Part shown: positions 1 through 9,336 of the stretch, one piece after another
How the letters are laid out: each line of letters opens with the position of its first letter
How positions within the stretch are numbered: the first letter of the stretch is position 1
Source of the DNA: Pseudomonadota bacterium
Lineage (GTDB): Bacteria; Pseudomonadota; Gammaproteobacteria; Steroidobacterales; Steroidobacteraceae
DNA length: 64,000 nucleotides
Reading direction: 5' to 3'
Assembly: GCA_947449495.1 (NCBI GenBank)
Contig: CANFSB010000003.1
Span: 16,933-80,932, forward strand
Notes under the pieces: model-generated
The model's database searches: none
Seen by the model: only the letters and a program-made list of their open reading frames with translations
What the model was told of the DNA's origin: nothing
Position numbers and translations under genes: made by a program

Positions 1-232
1 CGGCCTCGCCAGCCATGCGCAGACGCACCCGTGCCGCCACGTCGTTGGTGCCGCGACCGCCATCGAGCAGCGGCTCCTTGCGCAGTACTGCACCTATCAG
101 GGCATAGCGTCCCCAAGTAGCTTGCAGTGCCGGATCTTTGAGGAGGCGGCGAGTGACCAACTCTGCCTGAGCAGCCTCGAGTTCACCGTCGAGCAATGCC
201 GACAACTGACTGTCACGTTCTTCTGCACTCAT
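1..232 (-). CDS. anti-sigma-E factor, RseA/MucA-like (N-terminal part only; gene continues past the left edge)
   Basis: Not in the ORF track because there is no stop in the window. My own translation of the minus strand from the ATG at 232 gives MSAEERDSQLSALLDGELEAAQAELVTRRLLKDPALQATWGRYALIGAVLRKEPLLD... This shows the LSALxDGE ... W..Y.LI pattern of RseA N-terminal domains. ATGA overlap with the rpoE stop (229-232). Confidence 0.6.
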   Translation of the reverse strand, partial: MSAEERDSQLSALLDGELEAAQAELVTRRLLKDPALQATWGRYALIGAVLRKEPLLDGGRGTNDVAARVRLRMAGEA

Positions 233-837
233 GCCGATTCCTCCACTCGCCCCAGCCCGCCCTCAAAGACTTGCAGCAGACGCCGGTCTATCACTTCGCG
301 CGCCCGGAAAATACGCGAGCGGACAGTACCGACCGGACACTCCATTGTTGCCGCAATCGCCTCGTAACTCTGCCCGTCGAGCTCTCGCAGCACGATTGCA
401 GTACGCAATTCCTCAGGCAGGCTGTCGATGGCAGCCTCGACAACCAGACGGATTTCGTCGGCCAACGCCAACGCCTCAGGCGTGTCGTGATCGGCCATGC
501 GAGCCTGCAGCTCGTAGGATTCGTCGCTGTTTTGCAGATCCAAGTCGTACTCCACCGGGCTGCGACTGCGGGCCACTGCCGCATTTTTGGCCGTGTTGAT
601 CGCGATGCGATACAACCAGGTGTAGAAGGCGCTCTCACCCCGGAACTGGGGCAATGCCCGGTAGGCTTTGATGAAAGCCTCTTGGGTAACGTCTTCGGCA
701 TCGGCCGGATCGCGCAGGTAACGCATGACCAGCTTGACCACTCGGTGCTGGTACTTGCGCACCAGCAGGTCAAACGCCGTCTTGTCGCCACCCTGGACGC
801 GCTCCACCAAGTCCTGGTCGGTCGGATCCTCGACCAT
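229..837 (-). CDS. rpoE: ECF RNA polymerase sigma factor sigma-E (sigma-24)
   Basis: ORF 229..882. The product has DLVERVQGGDKTAFDLLVRKYQHRV, EAFIKAYRALPQFRGESAFYTWLYRIAINTAKN and CPVGTVRSRIFRAREVI, collinear with E. coli RpoE. Start set at ATG 837 (MVEDPTDQDL...) because the sigma-E-type promoter at 884-911 would put the TSS downstream of the alternative GTG at 882. Confidence 0.93.
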   Translation of the reverse strand: MVEDPTDQDLVERVQGGDKTAFDLLVRKYQHRVVKLVMRYLRDPADAEDVTQEAFIKAYRALPQFRGESAFYTWLYRIAINTAKNAAVARSRSPVEYDLDLQNSDESYELQARMADHDTPEALALADEIRLVVEAAIDSLPEELRTAIVLRELDGQSYEAIAATMECPVGTVRSRIFRAREVIDRRLLQVFEGGLGRVEESA

Positions 838-882
838 GATCAGCGCGGCGCTCCCAAGAGATGGGCTCGTGCCCTGCTGCAC

Positions 883-1305
883 TTAAAGACCTGCGCTGGA
901 CGGAAAAGTTCGCAGCTGCCGGCGAAGCGCTGCGAAATCGGCCGGATCGGCTGCCTGACGGTCCAAAAACAAGCTGTAGCGGTTGCTGCCGCGCAACACC
1001 AACCAGATCCAGCGCGCGCTGGCCCGGCTTGCGGGCTGCAGAAGCACCGGTTCGAGCGTGCCATCTGCCAAGTACAGGCTGAACCGACCCTGACCATCCC
1101 AATTGAGCTGTCGCGGCGCACGCGGTCCGCGGCCGAGCAAGTTGCCAGCGGCCTGCAGCAGGACTGGGACCAAGAGACCGGCGAGGACCAGCGTGCGAAC
1201 CCAGCCGGCGCCCTGCGCCCACGCAGCCAGCGGCAAGGCACAGCAAAACAGCGTGAGGACAGCCAGGATCCGCTGCGCCGGCTGCACGGCGATACTGCCA
1301 CCCAC
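883..1305 (-). CDS. ygfX: YgfX/CptA-like inner-membrane protein (DUF1434 family)
   Basis: C-terminal 140 aa of ORF 883..1527, starting at GTG 1305. Two hydrophobic helices (ILAVLTLFCCALPLAAWA, TLVLAGLLVPVLLQAAG) followed by ...WDGQGRF...WIWLVLRG...LFLDRQAADPADFAALRRQL, collinear with E. coli YgfX. Lies directly after sdhE, as in E. coli. The longer ORF would overlap sdhE and was rejected. Confidence 0.7.
   Translation of the reverse strand: MGGSIAVQPAQRILAVLTLFCCALPLAAWAQGAGWVRTLVLAGLLVPVLLQAAGNLLGRGPRAPRQLNWDGQGRFSLYLADGTLEPVLLQPASRASARWIWLVLRGSNRYSLFLDRQAADPADFAALRRQLRTFPSSAGL
884..911 (-). promoter_or_regulatory. candidate sigma-E-dependent (autoregulatory) promoter of rpoE
   Basis: Minus strand reads cGAACTT-ttccgtccagcgcagg(16 nt)-TCTTTAag. 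This resembles the E. coli sigma-E consensus GGAACTT-N16-TCnAA. The -10 overlaps the TAA stop of the upstream ygfX-like gene. Confidence 0.45.
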
Positions 1306-1336
1306 TGACTCACGCGACCGCCTACGACGGCGCCGC

Positions 1337-1561
1337 TCACTGTTGGCGCTGAGCCCGGAGGGCGTCGATGAGTCGTTGCTCGAGTGGGTCTGAGGCAGGT
1401 TCACCCGCCACCAGATACGAGACAATCTGCGGATCAGGCAATTCGAGAAACTGCTCAAAACAGTTGCGTTCTGCCGCATCGGCCTGCGCCCAAGGGCCGT
1501 TGAGATAACGCAGCAGCAGAATATCAAGCTCTTTCATGCCGCGACGGCACCGCCAGACCAA
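1337..1561 (-). CDS. sdhE: succinate dehydrogenase flavinylation factor SdhE (YgfY/CptB)
   Basis: 74 aa with WRCRRGMKELDILL and ...FLELPDPQI... motifs typical of SdhE. TTG start at 1561. Lies 41 nt downstream of sdhB. Confidence 0.85.
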   Translation of the reverse strand: MVWRCRRGMKELDILLLRYLNGPWAQADAAERNCFEQFLELPDPQIVSYLVAGEPASDPLEQRLIDALRAQRQQ

Positions 1562-1602
1562 ACGTCCTGGCGGTGGCTGCGGTGGTACTGGTGCAGACCC
1601 GC

Positions 1603-2391
1603 TCAGTGGCGACGCCCGGCAATCAGCCGCTTGATCTCACCGATGGCACGGGCCGGATTGAGGTCCTTGGGGCACGCCTCGGTGCAATTCATGATGGTGT
1701 GGCAGCGGTACAGACGGAACGGATCTTCCAGCGCATCCAAGCGCTCGCCGGTCGAGTCATCACGGCTATCCACAATCCAGCGATAGGCGGCCAGCAAAGC
1801 AGCAGGCCCCAGGTAACGATCGCTGTTCCACCAGTAACTGGGGCAGGACGTGGAGCAGCAGGCACACAGAATACAGGCTGACGGTCCGTCGATTTTTTCC
1901 TGATCTTCCTTGCTCTGCAGTCGCTCACCGTCCGGAGGTGCCGGCGAACGCGTGGTAAGCCAAGGCTTGACCGCTGCGTACTGCGCATAAAACTGCGTCA
2001 GATCGGGAATCAGGTCTTTGATGACCGGCATGTGCGGCAGCGGATAAATGCGCACATCGGCGCCCTTCACGTCAGCACAGGATTTGATGCACGCCAGCGT
2101 GTTGCTGCCATCAATGTTCATCGCGCACGAGCCGCAGATGCCCTCGCGGCACGAGCGACGGAACGAGAGCGTGGGATCAATTTCGTTTTTGATCTTAATC
2201 AGTGCATCGAGAACCATCGGGCCACAAGCGGCCATGTCGATCTCATAGGTGTCGACGCGCGGGTTCTGACCGCTATCCGGATCAAAGCGATAGATTTGAA
2301 AACGGCGAACCTTTTTCGCGCCCTCAGGCGCCTTAAAGGTCTTACCGTCGTTACTGATCCGCGATCCGGGAGGAAGCTGGAATTCGGCCAT
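1603..2391 (-). CDS. sdhB: succinate dehydrogenase iron-sulfur subunit
   Basis: Within ORF 1603..2517, starting at ATG 2391 ([10 protein letters not shown]...). Cys clusters [27 protein letters not shown] and [13 protein letters not shown]. Confidence 0.96.
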   Translation of the reverse strand: MAEFQLPPGSRISNDGKTFKAPEGAKKVRRFQIYRFDPDSGQNPRVDTYEIDMAACGPMVLDALIKIKNEIDPTLSFRRSCREGICGSCAMNIDGSNTLACIKSCADVKGADVRIYPLPHMPVIKDLIPDLTQFYAQYAAVKPWLTTRSPAPPDGERLQSKEDQEKIDGPSACILCACCSTSCPSYWWNSDRYLGPAALLAAYRWIVDSRDDSTGERLDALEDPFRLYRCHTIMNCTEACPKDLNPARAIGEIKRLIAGRRH

Positions 2392-2419
2392 GGCAGGTGT
2401 CCTGGCGGTTGCTGTGAGG

Positions 2420-4204
2420 TCAGTAGGTACGCGCCTTGGGCGCGACCGTATCGACATCGGTGGTAAGCGTATTGAGATGCACAGGGCGGTAGTTGATGCT
2501 CGTGCCGCCCTTGGCATCGACCCAGCACAGTGAGTGCTTCATCCAATTGGCATCATCGCGGTTGGGATAATCCTCACGTGCATGCGCACCGCGGCTTTCT
2601 TTGCGGTTGGCAGCAGACACTACCGTGGCAGTGGCCTGCAGCAGCAGGTTATCGAGTTCCAGCGTTTCGATCAGATCGGTATTCCACACCAAGCTGCGAT
2701 CGGTTACGCCAACATCGGCAAAACCGGCCACAGTTGCGGCCATGCGCTGCACGCCTTGATCCAGCGACGATTGGGTGCGAAACACCGCCGCGTCACTCTG
2801 CATGATGCGCTGCATTTCCAGACGCAAGCCGGCCGTAGGACGACTGCCGTTGGCATGACGCAAACGATCCAGACGCTCTACTGCCGGCTCGGCAGCGTTG
2901 GCAGGGAGCGGCTTGTGACGCGTGCCGGGCTTGACGACCTCGGCGCAGTGACGCGCAGCCTCACGACCAAACACCACCAGATCCAGCAGTGAATTGGAGC
3001 CCAAGCGGTTGGCGCCGTGCACCGAAACACAGGCCGCCTCACCCACTGCCATCAAGCCGGGCACCACAGTGTCGGGCGCGCCATCGCGGCCATCGACCAC
3101 TTCACCGTGGTAATTGCAGGGAATACCACCCATGTTGTAGTGCACAGTCGGCAGCACTGGGATGGGTTCACGATTGACATCGACGCCGGCAAAAATGCGA
3201 GCAGTCTCGGCGATGCCAGGCAGGCGCTCGTGAATGACAGCAGCGCCCAGATGCTCCAGATGCAGGTGGATATGATCAGCGTGGGCACCGACGCCGCGAC
3301 CCTCGCGGATCTCTACCGTCATGGCACGGCTGACCACATCACGAGAAGCCAGATCCTTGGCATTGGGCGCGTAGCGCTCCATAAAGCGCTCGCCCTTGGA
3401 GTTGGTGACATAGCCACCCTCGCCGCGTGCCCCTTCGGTGATCAGACAACCCGAACCGTAAATGCCGGTGGGATGGAACTGCACGAACTCCATGTCCTGC
3501 ACAGGCAGGCCGGCACGTAGCGCCATACCGCCGCCGTCACCGGTGCAGGTATGCGCCGAAGTGGCCGAAAAGTAGGCACGGCCATAGCCACCAGTGGCCA
3601 GAATGGTCATGTGCGCGCGGAAGCGATGCAGCGAACCGTCTGCCAGATTCAGCGCGATGACGCCGCGGCAGGCGCCGTTTTCCATGATCAGGTCGAGTGC
3701 GAAGTACTCGATGTAGAACTCGGCCTGGTTCTTTATGGACTGCTGATACAGCGTGTGCAGCATCGCGTGACCGGTACGGTCGGCGGCGGCGCAGGTGCGC
3801 TGTGCAATGCCCTGGCCAAAGTTCGTGGTCATACCGCCGAACGGACGCTGGTAGATCTTGCCCTCACCGGTACGGGAGAACGGCACACCATAGTGTTCCA
3901 GTTCGATGATGGCCGCCGGCGCCTCTTTGCACATGAACTCGATGGCGTCCTGGTCACCGAGCCAGTCGGAGCCCTTGACGGTGTCGTACATGTGCCAGCG
4001 CCAGTCGTCCTGACCCATGTTACCCAGCGCAGCGCTAATGCCGCCCTGCGCGGCCACGGTATGGCTGCGAGTGGGAAACACTTTGCTGATGCAGGCAGTG
4101 GTCAGGCCGGCCTCGGCCAGACCCAGCGTGGCGCGCAAACCGGCACCGCCGGCGCCAACTACCAAAACATCGTGGGTGTGATCAGTGAACGTATAAGCAG
4201 ACAT
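2420..4204 (-). CDS. sdhA: succinate dehydrogenase flavoprotein subunit
   Basis: 594 aa. [16 protein letters not shown]-binding fold, [10 protein letters not shown] and HPTGIYG motifs. Confidence 0.97.
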   Translation of the reverse strand: MSAYTFTDHTHDVLVVGAGGAGLRATLGLAEAGLTTACISKVFPTRSHTVAAQGGISAALGNMGQDDWRWHMYDTVKGSDWLGDQDAIEFMCKEAPAAIIELEHYGVPFSRTGEGKIYQRPFGGMTTNFGQGIAQRTCAAADRTGHAMLHTLYQQSIKNQAEFYIEYFALDLIMENGACRGVIALNLADGSLHRFRAHMTILATGGYGRAYFSATSAHTCTGDGGGMALRAGLPVQDMEFVQFHPTGIYGSGCLITEGARGEGGYVTNSKGERFMERYAPNAKDLASRDVVSRAMTVEIREGRGVGAHADHIHLHLEHLGAAVIHERLPGIAETARIFAGVDVNREPIPVLPTVHYNMGGIPCNYHGEVVDGRDGAPDTVVPGLMAVGEAACVSVHGANRLGSNSLLDLVVFGREAARHCAEVVKPGTRHKPLPANAAEPAVERLDRLRHANGSRPTAGLRLEMQRIMQSDAAVFRTQSSLDQGVQRMAATVAGFADVGVTDRSLVWNTDLIETLELDNLLLQATATVVSAANRKESRGAHAREDYPNRDDANWMKHSLCWVDAKGGTSINYRPVHLNTLTTDVDTVAPKARTY

Positions 4205-4219
4205 GGCAGTGATCCCTGG

Positions 4220-4600
4220 TCAGGCGGCGAACGCGATGCGCAGCACGGCAAATACGCCGGTTGCAGCCACCAGCGCATGAACAAAAGTAGACAGCAACAG
4301 GCTGGTGATCTTCAGTGCGTGATGATGCACGTAGTCTTCTAGAACCACCTGTACACCCAATCGCGCGTGCCAGCAGAGCGTGAGTATCAAGACCGCCAGC
4401 GGCACTGCGTGCAACGACTGGCGCATCCAACCGGTCACCGCAGCGTGGTCCGCCAGCGGCAGAGACGCCATCGACAACAGGAACCAGATCGTCAGCGGCA
4501 CCAGTGCTACGGCGGTGACGCGCTGCACCCACCAATGCCCTGCGCCATCTTTGGCAGAGCCATAGCCGATCACTTTGCCCAGCGGCGTTGAACCTCTCAC
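4220..4600 (-). CDS. sdhD: succinate dehydrogenase membrane anchor subunit
   Basis: C-terminal 126 aa of ORF 4220..4777. GTG start at 4600 overlaps the sdhC stop (GTGA). Three hydrophobic helices and the ...HWWVQRVTA... motif. Confidence 0.85.
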   Translation of the reverse strand: MRGSTPLGKVIGYGSAKDGAGHWWVQRVTAVALVPLTIWFLLSMASLPLADHAAVTGWMRQSLHAVPLAVLILTLCWHARLGVQVVLEDYVHHHALKITSLLLSTFVHALVAATGVFAVLRIAFAA

Positions 4601-4989
4601 TGCACACCTCCGACCGGGCAGAAGAACACATAAACCAGCAACGCACCGGCGACCACCACGAAGGCGATCACCATGCGGGCGCTGCGCCGTGCAGCGGACT
4701 TGGCAAAGCCACGGCCGGTATCCCAGAACAGATGGCGAATGCCGTTGGCCAAGTGGTACAGAAAGGCCAACAGCCAAGCGCCCAATACGACCTGTATGAG
4801 CCCATGACCCATGAAACCTGTAAATGCGGCATAGGCCTGCGGTCCGTTACCCAAAGCCAGCAGCCATGCCACCAGCACCAACAAACCGCTGGCAAGCGCC
4901 ACACCGGTGATGCGATGCAGGATAGACAAGGCCATGGTGTACGCGAAGCGATACACCGACAGGTGAGGAGAGAGTGGTCTTGGGGCCAT
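4597..4989 (-). CDS. sdhC: succinate dehydrogenase cytochrome b556 subunit
   Basis: 130 aa. RPLSPHLSVYRF...ILHRITG opening typical of SdhC. Confidence 0.92.
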   Translation of the reverse strand: MAPRPLSPHLSVYRFAYTMALSILHRITGVALASGLLVLVAWLLALGNGPQAYAAFTGFMGHGLIQVVLGAWLLAFLYHLANGIRHLFWDTGRGFAKSAARRSARMVIAFVVVAGALLVYVFFCPVGGVQ

Positions 4990-5225
4990 GAGTGTTCTCT
5001 TGATCAGAAGTCTATGCAGCGTCCCTTGCGCTCCCAGTCGCCAAAGCGAGTGGGCTCGGGCCCGGGTGGACCACCATGCTCCACCGTTGGAACCGGTGCG
5101 GGCACTATGCCCGGTTGGGGGTTATCTTCGACGGCCTGCCCCCGGGCGGCGCCATCGTGGTCACTGCTCTGCATGATAAGTGGCTATTCTGCCATGATTC
5201 CGATATCCAAGTACCGCCCAACACC

Positions 5226-6029
5226 ATGACCGATCTCACCTATTGCATCCTTGACGACCTTGGCGTTCTGGACATCCGGGGCCCGGATTCCAAGCGCTTC
5301 CTGCAAGGTCAGCTCTCGGCCGATGTCAGCGCACTGATGCCGGATCAACAGGGGCTGGCAGGTCTACATACGCCGCAAGGCAGAGTGATCTGCGTACTGC
5401 GTCTGCAGTGCCTAGCAGAGGACCATCTGTTGGCCATCCTGCCAGCGGTTCTTGCAGAGAGTGTGGCCAGCCGGCTGCGCCGCTATGTACTGCGTGCCAA
5501 AGTGGTCATCGAGGACTGTAGCGCCGGATTCCAAGTGCTGGGGGTCTGGCAGGGCTCGCAGCGCCGCTTGCAGGTCATAGAGCGCGGCACCGCCCCGCCC
5601 GAAGGGCAGCGTCGGGATGCAGCTGCCTGGCAACTGGCTGAGATCCGCGACGGCTTGCCACAGGTCGTCGCGGCCACCAGTGATCATTTTGTGGCGCAAA
5701 TGCTCAATCTGGATCTGCTGGGTGGCATCAGCTTCACCAAGGGCTGCTACACGGGTCAGGAAGTCATCGCGCGGGCCCACTATCGTGGGCGCGTCAAACG
5801 TCGTGTGCAGCGCTTTGTCACGCAATCCGATGCAGCGCTGCTACCCGGCAGTCGCTGGACGTTGCCCGATGGCCGCAACATCGAAATACTGATTGCAGAA
5901 AAAGCTGAGCGCGGCGGCCAAGAGCTGCTCGCCGTGACGGCGCTGACTGCCGAAGCCGCAGTGGCAGGAGATCAACCTCTCCTACAAGGGCAGCCCGCCG
6001 CCCTGCCCTATGCGCTGCCGCTAGACTGA
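5226..6029 (+). CDS. ygfZ: folate-binding Fe-S cluster repair / tRNA-modification protein YgfZ
   Basis: In ORF 5076..6029, starting at ATG 5226 (MTDLTYCILDD...). Signature KGCYTGQE is present. Confidence 0.88.
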   Translation: MTDLTYCILDDLGVLDIRGPDSKRFLQGQLSADVSALMPDQQGLAGLHTPQGRVICVLRLQCLAEDHLLAILPAVLAESVASRLRRYVLRAKVVIEDCSAGFQVLGVWQGSQRRLQVIERGTAPPEGQRRDAAAWQLAEIRDGLPQVVAATSDHFVAQMLNLDLLGGISFTKGCYTGQEVIARAHYRGRVKRRVQRFVTQSDAALLPGSRWTLPDGRNIEILIAEKAERGGQELLAVTALTAEAAVAGDQPLLQGQPAALPYALPLD

Positions 6030-6032
6030 GCG

Positions 6033-6410
6033 CTAGCGGCGACCCAACTCGTCGTTGTTGCGCAACGTGGCGCGATTGTCCTCACGGCATTGGCGTTCGA
6101 TGCGTGCGGCAAAGTTGTCCGCATCGGCGCGCAGCATGGCGACCCGCGCATCAAGCTCCAGTCGCAGCCGCTGCAAGGCGGCGGTATCACCAACCGCCTG
6201 CACGCTATCGACTGCATATTGGCGCTGCAGCGCCTCTTGTTGGATGCGGTACTGCTCGCGGATGTCGCGGCCTTCCTGCTTGCAGTCACGGCTAAAACGC
6301 ATGCGCTGCCGTGCTTGATTGCGGTCCGGCACCTGCGGCACCGATTGCGCCCAAGCTGCTGCCGAACTTAGCAGCAGCGCAGCAACCGGCAAGCCGCCAA
6401 GCCAACGCAC
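6033..6410 (-). CDS. hypothetical secreted protein (signal peptide, two Cys, Arg/Gln-rich helical)
   Basis: 125 aa with a GTG start 5 nt after the stop of the arnA decarboxylase gene. N-terminus (V)RWLGGLPVAALLLSSAAAWA/QS looks like a Sec signal with an AxA cleavage site. I recognise no family. Confidence 0.55.
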   Translation of the reverse strand: MRWLGGLPVAALLLSSAAAWAQSVPQVPDRNQARQRMRFSRDCKQEGRDIREQYRIQQEALQRQYAVDSVQAVGDTAALQRLRLELDARVAMLRADADNFAARIERQCREDNRATLRNNDELGRR

Positions 6411-6415
6411 GCGGA

Positions 6416-7471
6416 TCAGCTGTGATCTGCGCTAGCGTCGGGCATGAAGTCGCCGCGACGCACGTGGTACTGCAGGGTCTTGCGGATGGCAGTGTTGAAG
6501 TCAGTGCTGGGCTTCCAACCAAGCTTCTCGGCTGCATGATGAATGGCCGGTACTCGCACCTGAATATCCTGATAGTACTGGCCGTAGTAAGTCTCGGCCG
6601 CAACGGTCTCTATCTTGGCGGTGTCGGCCAAGTGTGCGTATTCAGGAATGGCGCGAAAGCCTTCGACAATGGCGTCTGCCAGATCGGCAACCGACACATC
6701 GCTTTGCGGATTGCCAATGTTGAAGATCTGCTGTGACGCGCAACCGTCCTTGTTGGCGATGATGCGCAGTAGGGCGTCGATGGCATCATCAATATAAGTA
6801 AACGACCGGCGCTGACGACCGCCATCGACCAGCCGAATGGGCAGGCCATGGAACACATTAGCCAGGAACTGCGTGAAAACGCGCGAACTGCCTTCCTTGG
6901 CCTCGTGGATATCGTCCAAACGAGGGCCGATCCAGTTAAACGGACGGAACAGTGTGTAATCGAGGTTGTCGCGCACACCGTAGGCGAAGATCACACGATC
7001 CAGCAACTGCTTGGAGTTGGCGTAAATCCAACGCTGCTTATGGATGGGGCCGTAAACCAGATTGCTGTTCTGTTCGTCGAGGACCGGGTCCGGGCACATG
7101 CCATAGACCTCAGAGGTCGACGGGAAAATCAGGCGCTTTTTGTATTTGGCGCACAAGCGCACGATAGTGAGGTTGGCCTCAAAATCCAGTTCAAATACGC
7201 GCAACGGATCTTTGACGTACTGCGACGGATTGGCGATAGCCACCAGCGGCACAATGACGTCGCACTTGCGCACGTGGTACTCGATCCACTCTTTGTTGAT
7301 GGTGATGTCACCCTCAACAAACTTAAAGCGCGGTTTACCCAGCACCTCGCCAAGCTTGTTGTCGGCGATGTCCATGCCATACGCCTCCCAATCGGTGCGG
7401 TCGATGATGGCTTCGGTAAGCGCACTGCCGATAAAACCGTTGGCGCCGAGGATAAGAACCTTAAGAGGCAT
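6416..7471 (-). CDS. arnA: UDP-glucuronate oxidative decarboxylase (stand-alone ArnA C-terminal domain)
   Basis: 351 aa. VLILGANGFIGSALTE...FKFVEGDITINKEWIEYHVRKCDVIVPLVAIANP...RVFELDFEANL...LIFPSTSEVYGMC is collinear with E. coli ArnA residues ~315-660. Confidence 0.9.
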   Translation of the reverse strand: MPLKVLILGANGFIGSALTEAIIDRTDWEAYGMDIADNKLGEVLGKPRFKFVEGDITINKEWIEYHVRKCDVIVPLVAIANPSQYVKDPLRVFELDFEANLTIVRLCAKYKKRLIFPSTSEVYGMCPDPVLDEQNSNLVYGPIHKQRWIYANSKQLLDRVIFAYGVRDNLDYTLFRPFNWIGPRLDDIHEAKEGSSRVFTQFLANVFHGLPIRLVDGGRQRRSFTYIDDAIDALLRIIANKDGCASQQIFNIGNPQSDVSVADLADAIVEGFRAIPEYAHLADTAKIETVAAETYYGQYYQDIQVRVPAIHHAAEKLGWKPSTDFNTAIRKTLQYHVRRGDFMPDASADHS

Positions 7472-7507
7472 GGTGTATTCCTTAAAATCTGAAATCTGAA
7501 ACTGTTG

Positions 7508-8392
7508 TCAGGCTGCCAGCGTGCCGGCGCGCCCCTCGACAGAGCCGACACGCACTTCGCGCCTCGGCAACGCAGCCACATCAAGCGCTGCGGCCATCTG
7601 CCCCAGCGTGACGAACTCATAACCCTGTTCAAGCCAGCCTTGCAGCAAGCGCTCGAACCAGTCTGCTAGGCGCCGGCCTTCGAGCTCGGCATGCAACGTG
7701 TACACATGATCTGCGCCCGCCGCTGCAGTAAGACCCAACAACCACGCCACAGGATCGGCACCGGCGGCGTCATCACGCCCCATCAGTTCATCCAGCGTCG
7801 GCAGTGTGGTGGGCAATTGTACGCAGTCTAAGGGCCTGCCGGCCACGACTGGGCGGAATGGAGCGCCGCCGCGAGTGTCGGAGCACACGGCAAAGCCCAG
7901 CTGCTGGGCGCACAGCAGCGCTGCATCGTTCATCTGCCAACCTGCAGCACCATGCACGCGCGCCGGATAGCCGAAGATCTCGGTAAAGCGCTGCTGGGCC
8001 CGCTGCATCTGCTGCTGCGCAAAACCCGGACCGGCAGACTCCAATTGATCCTGCCAGGCATTGTGATCCCAGCAATGTACGCCCACTTCAAAGCCACGCG
8101 ACGCCACCTCACGAAGCAGCGGCGCACAGCGGCGGCCGATGTCCGGCCCGGGCAACAGCGTGCCGTAAAGCAAAGTGCGCAGCCCGTAGTGCTCGAGCAC
8201 GGAGGTACGGGAGACCTTGGTGAGAAATCCCGGCCGAAACACCCGCCGGATGGCGCGGCCGGTGTGATCGGGCCCCAGCGAGAACAGAAAGGTTGCCGGC
8301 GCGTTGTAGCGCTGCAAAATATCGAGCAGCACCGGCACACCATGGCGTGTGCCTTGTAGTGTATCGACGTCGATCTTGAGCACTAACTTCAT
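7508..8392 (-). CDS. arnD: 4-deoxy-4-formamido-L-arabinose-phosphoundecaprenol deformylase
   Basis: 294 aa. LKIDVDTLQGTRHGVPVLLDILQRYNAPATFLFSLGPDHTGRA matches the ArnD N-terminus. ATGA overlap with the upstream formyltransferase gene. Confidence 0.9.
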   Translation of the reverse strand: MKLVLKIDVDTLQGTRHGVPVLLDILQRYNAPATFLFSLGPDHTGRAIRRVFRPGFLTKVSRTSVLEHYGLRTLLYGTLLPGPDIGRRCAPLLREVASRGFEVGVHCWDHNAWQDQLESAGPGFAQQQMQRAQQRFTEIFGYPARVHGAAGWQMNDAALLCAQQLGFAVCSDTRGGAPFRPVVAGRPLDCVQLPTTLPTLDELMGRDDAAGADPVAWLLGLTAAAGADHVYTLHAELEGRRLADWFERLLQGWLEQGYEFVTLGQMAAALDVAALPRREVRVGSVEGRAGTLAA

Positions 8393-9336
8393 GTGGCGCC
8401 TTTGCCGGTCAGCGGCAAAGCGTCGTGGTGCAACGTTGCGCGCAATGCATCCAATGGCAACAACTGATCACCCCACTCAACTTCCAGCAAGCGCAGCAGC
8501 GAACCGTCTGGGCAGCGAGCGTATACATGGTCGGCATCGGCAAACACGCAAGCGGGCGCGGCGTTAGCCGGCGCCTGCGCTGTGCGGCCATCCAAGCGTG
8601 TGCGCAACACCCGCAGTGTCTGCCCTGCCAACTGTGTGCGCGCTCCGGGAAACGGCGGTGCCACAGCACGCACCAGGTTGTGCGCCCGCAGCGCACCCTG
8701 CGACCAATCGATCTCGCCATCTTCGGGCCGGCGCGCACCGAAATAGCTGCCGGCTGTCAGATCCAGCGCTGTGGCCATTGCTGTTCCGGCACACAGGCTA
8801 GGCAAGCTTCTCGACAGCACCAGTTCCGCCGCTGTGCAAACCTTGCGAAACACATCGTAGGCCGTGTCATCGGACAGGACCGGTACGGCCATCTGATCAA
8901 CCAAAGCGCCGGCATCAGGCTTGGCCGTCATGTGGTGCAGGCTGGCACCGGTTTGCGTGGCGCCATGCACACACACCCAGTTGACCGGTGCACGGCCGCG
9001 AAATGCCGGCAGCAATGAACCGTGCATATTGAGCGCAGCACTGCGCGCATGACGCAGCACCGACTCTGGAATCATGCGACGGTAATAGAACGAAAAGATA
9101 AGGTCGGGTGTACAAGCAGCAACCACTGACTCGACATCCGCCCCAGAGGCATCTGTCGACAGATGCACCGGGATGTCGTGTTCGGTGGCAAAGCGCGTCA
9201 TGCTGGCGTACCAGCGCGCCTCATTGGGATCATCAGGGTGGGTAAACACCTGCGCCACCTGAACGCCTTGCGCCAGCAGCGTGGCCAAACAGCGCACGCC
9301 GACATCGCCATAGCCAAACACCACTGCGGTGGTCAT
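8389..9336 (-). CDS. arnA: UDP-4-amino-4-deoxy-L-arabinose formyltransferase (stand-alone ArnA N-terminal domain)
   Basis: 315 aa. ...IFSFYYRRMIPESVL...LNMHGSLLPAFRGRAPVNW... formyltransferase core, collinear with E. coli ArnA residues 1-300. Confidence 0.9.
   Translation of the reverse strand: MTTAVVFGYGDVGVRCLATLLAQGVQVAQVFTHPDDPNEARWYASMTRFATEHDIPVHLSTDASGADVESVVAACTPDLIFSFYYRRMIPESVLRHARSAALNMHGSLLPAFRGRAPVNWVCVHGATQTGASLHHMTAKPDAGALVDQMAVPVLSDDTAYDVFRKVCTAAELVLSRSLPSLCAGTAMATALDLTAGSYFGARRPEDGEIDWSQGALRAHNLVRAVAPPFPGARTQLAGQTLRVLRTRLDGRTAQAPANAAPACVFADADHVYARCPDGSLLRLLEVEWGDQLLPLDALRATLHHDALPLTGKGAT

Noticed and set aside
196-1308. 370-aa plus-strand ORF antisense to rpoE and ygfX
   Set aside because: It is a shadow ORF typical of high-GC DNA: Arg/Ala/Gln-rich, with no recognisable motifs. 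The opposite strand encodes clearly recognisable proteins.
7472-7507. AT-rich spacer with tandem heptamer (AATCTGA AATCTGA) between arnD and the decarboxylase gene, considered as a regulatory repeat or internal promoter
   Set aside because: It has only two copies in 36 nt and contains the AAGGAA SD for the downstream gene. It is too short and too weak to call as anything beyond an RBS spacer.
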